From positions 1-17,094 of the forward strand of contig DXJV01000097.1 of the NCBI GenBank assembly GCA_019056785.1: DNA of 17,094 bases. The letters run 5' to 3'. The stretch's first letter is position 1. Each line of letters opens with the position of its first letter. The notes below the pieces were generated by a model. It worked only from the letters and a program-made list of their open reading frames with translations, was not told where the DNA came from and did no database searches. Origin of the DNA: Candidatus Heimdallarchaeota archaeon. Lineage in GTDB: Archaea > Asgardarchaeota > Heimdallarchaeia > JABLTI01. A program made the position numbers and the translations under genes. Below, piece after piece: positions 15,868 through 17,094 of the stretch.

Positions 15868-17094
15868 TCGTGCAAATATAAATGAACGTTCTCCTCAGGT
15901 GCAAAGGGCGCCAACTGTTGAGCAGAATGGCCAGAATCTTCAAGCCAATCTTTCTTTCTCTTCTCCCTCTTCCTCGCCAAAACTTCCGCCACTAACTTTT
16001 ATCTGTGAGCTTCCTCCATCCGACAACCCTCGAGCAGCTATTTCTTGGTCTGACCCATCACTCTCCTTAAACCTTCTAGGACCTATTCTCGATAAACACT
16101 TCAATAGCCCTCCTTATCTTTTCCAACAGAAAGCTATTCCAAAGGTCATTGCCGGCAGTGACTTGTTACTAACCGCAGGAACCGGGAGCGGCAAAAGTGA
16201 AATTTTCCTTTTGGCTGTCCTTGAATTGCTTCTTCGAGGTGAGATCTCTTCTGCGCTTCTCTTTTATCCCAGCAAGCAATTAGTTCAAGACCAGGAGGTA
16301 CGCCTGGCAAAATATATTCGATGGGTCCGTGCAGAATTAGGTAAAAAGATCACCTTTAGTACTTATACTGGTGACCTCAAACCAAAGTCCATTGAAGGCA
16401 TTGAGCGCGCCAAGCCAGATATCTTGTTAGCAACGTTCGATAAATTATTCTATCGGATTGTTGGTCACAGTTCTATTGTCGCTTCTGCTTGTGCTTCTTT
16501 TCCAGAGGGAAAGGCGAAGAGCAAAAGCCTTTACCAAGAAGCGTTCTTTACTCGGCTTATTACTGCTGGCGTTGTTGTTTTCGATGAAGTGCATGATTAT
16601 TCTGGGTTGATGCTTTCGAATATCCACAACTATTTATTAATCCATAAACAAAAGAATCCTACTTGTCGGATCGTTTTATCTTCTGCCACTCTTCCCAACC
16701 CAGAAGTTTTCCGCGACCGGTTTCTCCCTTCAGCTGAGATCATCTCGGGGCAAGCGCGTCGAGGGCGGCTACAAATTTTATCCGTGGAAAAACAGCACCT
16801 GGATTCATTTCTTAATTATGTTCAAAAGAGCTTGCTTTCTGATATGGAGGATTCTCCCTCAAGTTCTCCTCTTACGCCATCTGCTTCTTCCCCTCAAACT
16901 CAGCGTTTGAAGCCGAACTCCAATCAGAAATGTGCCATTCTCTTTAATGATAATATCAGCGAAAATGAGTCGTTCACTTTCTTGCTGAAAAAAGAGTTGG
17001 CTCAAACCACCGGGCTGCCTCAGGATGCTATGAGCGATTATTCCGCCGCAAAAATAGCTTGTATCCACTCCCAATTGCCCCCCGAACGAAAGCG
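15848..17094 (+). CDS. SF2 DExH-box helicase, YprA/Hrq1/Lhr-like; 3'-partial, runs off the window (absent from the ORF track)
   Basis: My translation from ATG 15848 (GGAGGT SD at 15833-15838; 20-nt overlap with the upstream gene) has no stop to the window end. Motifs: Q-motif PYLFQQKAI, Walker A AGTGSGKS (16175-16198), Ia YPSKQLVQDQ, TYTGD, Ib ATFDKL, II DEVH (16583-16594) followed by DYSG, III SSATLPNP, and HSQL near the edge. Confidence 0.92.
   Translation, partial: MKGKEINRANINERSPQVQRAPTVEQNGQNLQANLSFSSPSSSPKLPPLTFICELPPSDNPRAAISWSDPSLSLNLLGPILDKHFNSPPYLFQQKAIPKVIAGSDLLLTAGTGSGKSEIFLLAVLELLLRGEISSALLFYPSKQLVQDQEVRLAKYIRWVRAELGKKITFSTYTGDLKPKSIEGIERAKPDILLATFDKLFYRIVGHSSIVASACASFPEGKAKSKSLYQEAFFTRLITAGVVVFDEVHDYSGLMLSNIHNYLLIHKQKNPTCRIVLSSATLPNPEVFRDRFLPSAEIISGQARRGRLQILSVEKQHLDSFLNYVQKSLLSDMEDSPSSSPLTPSASSPQTQRLKPNSNQKCAILFNDNISENESFTFLLKKELAQTTGLPQDAMSDYSAAKIACIHSQLPPERK

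Noticed and set aside
12207-17074. Minus-strand ORFs within the Cas1 fusion and helicase (including 13435-13947, 16445-16627 and 16859-17074)
   Set aside because: They are antisense to motif-bearing genes and are explained by the T/C skew of the plus strand.
15848-17094. Helicase as Cas3
   Set aside because: There is no N-terminal HD nuclease domain, and the motifs (YPxKxLxxDQ, YTGD, DEVHxYxG, SATLPNP) fit YprA/Hrq1/Lhr-like helicases better.

Overview
This window is probably archaeal: it has GGTGA/GGAGG Shine-Dalgarno sites, TATA-like boxes about 25-30 nt upstream of starts, and oligo-T terminators. An Asgard origin is plausible but only inferred. The left end holds a truncated ORF fragment and a complete pyruvate phosphate dikinase gene (ppdK, 465-3170) whose synonymous codon usage switches sharply in blocks. 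The rest (about 3361-17094) looks like an accessory nucleic-acid-processing island. It encodes an 808-aa protein with two PD-(D/E)xK-like modules, a tandemly duplicated cassette (small winged-HTH gene convergent with a free-standing LAGLIDADG + XRE-HTH gene), an HxlR/MarR-like regulator and two small hypotheticals. It ends with the main finding, a 1311-aa protein fusing an inactivated Hel308/Ski2-like helicase, a wHTH, two Cys4 clusters and a diverged full-length Cas1 fold with its catalytic E/H/D residues apparently intact. That gene overlaps an intact YprA/Hrq1-like DEVH helicase gene (15848 to the window edge) that the ORF track missed. No CRISPR array, cas2, cas4, PolB, tRNA or rRNA is visible. 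All domain calls come from reading motifs by eye; no searches were run.
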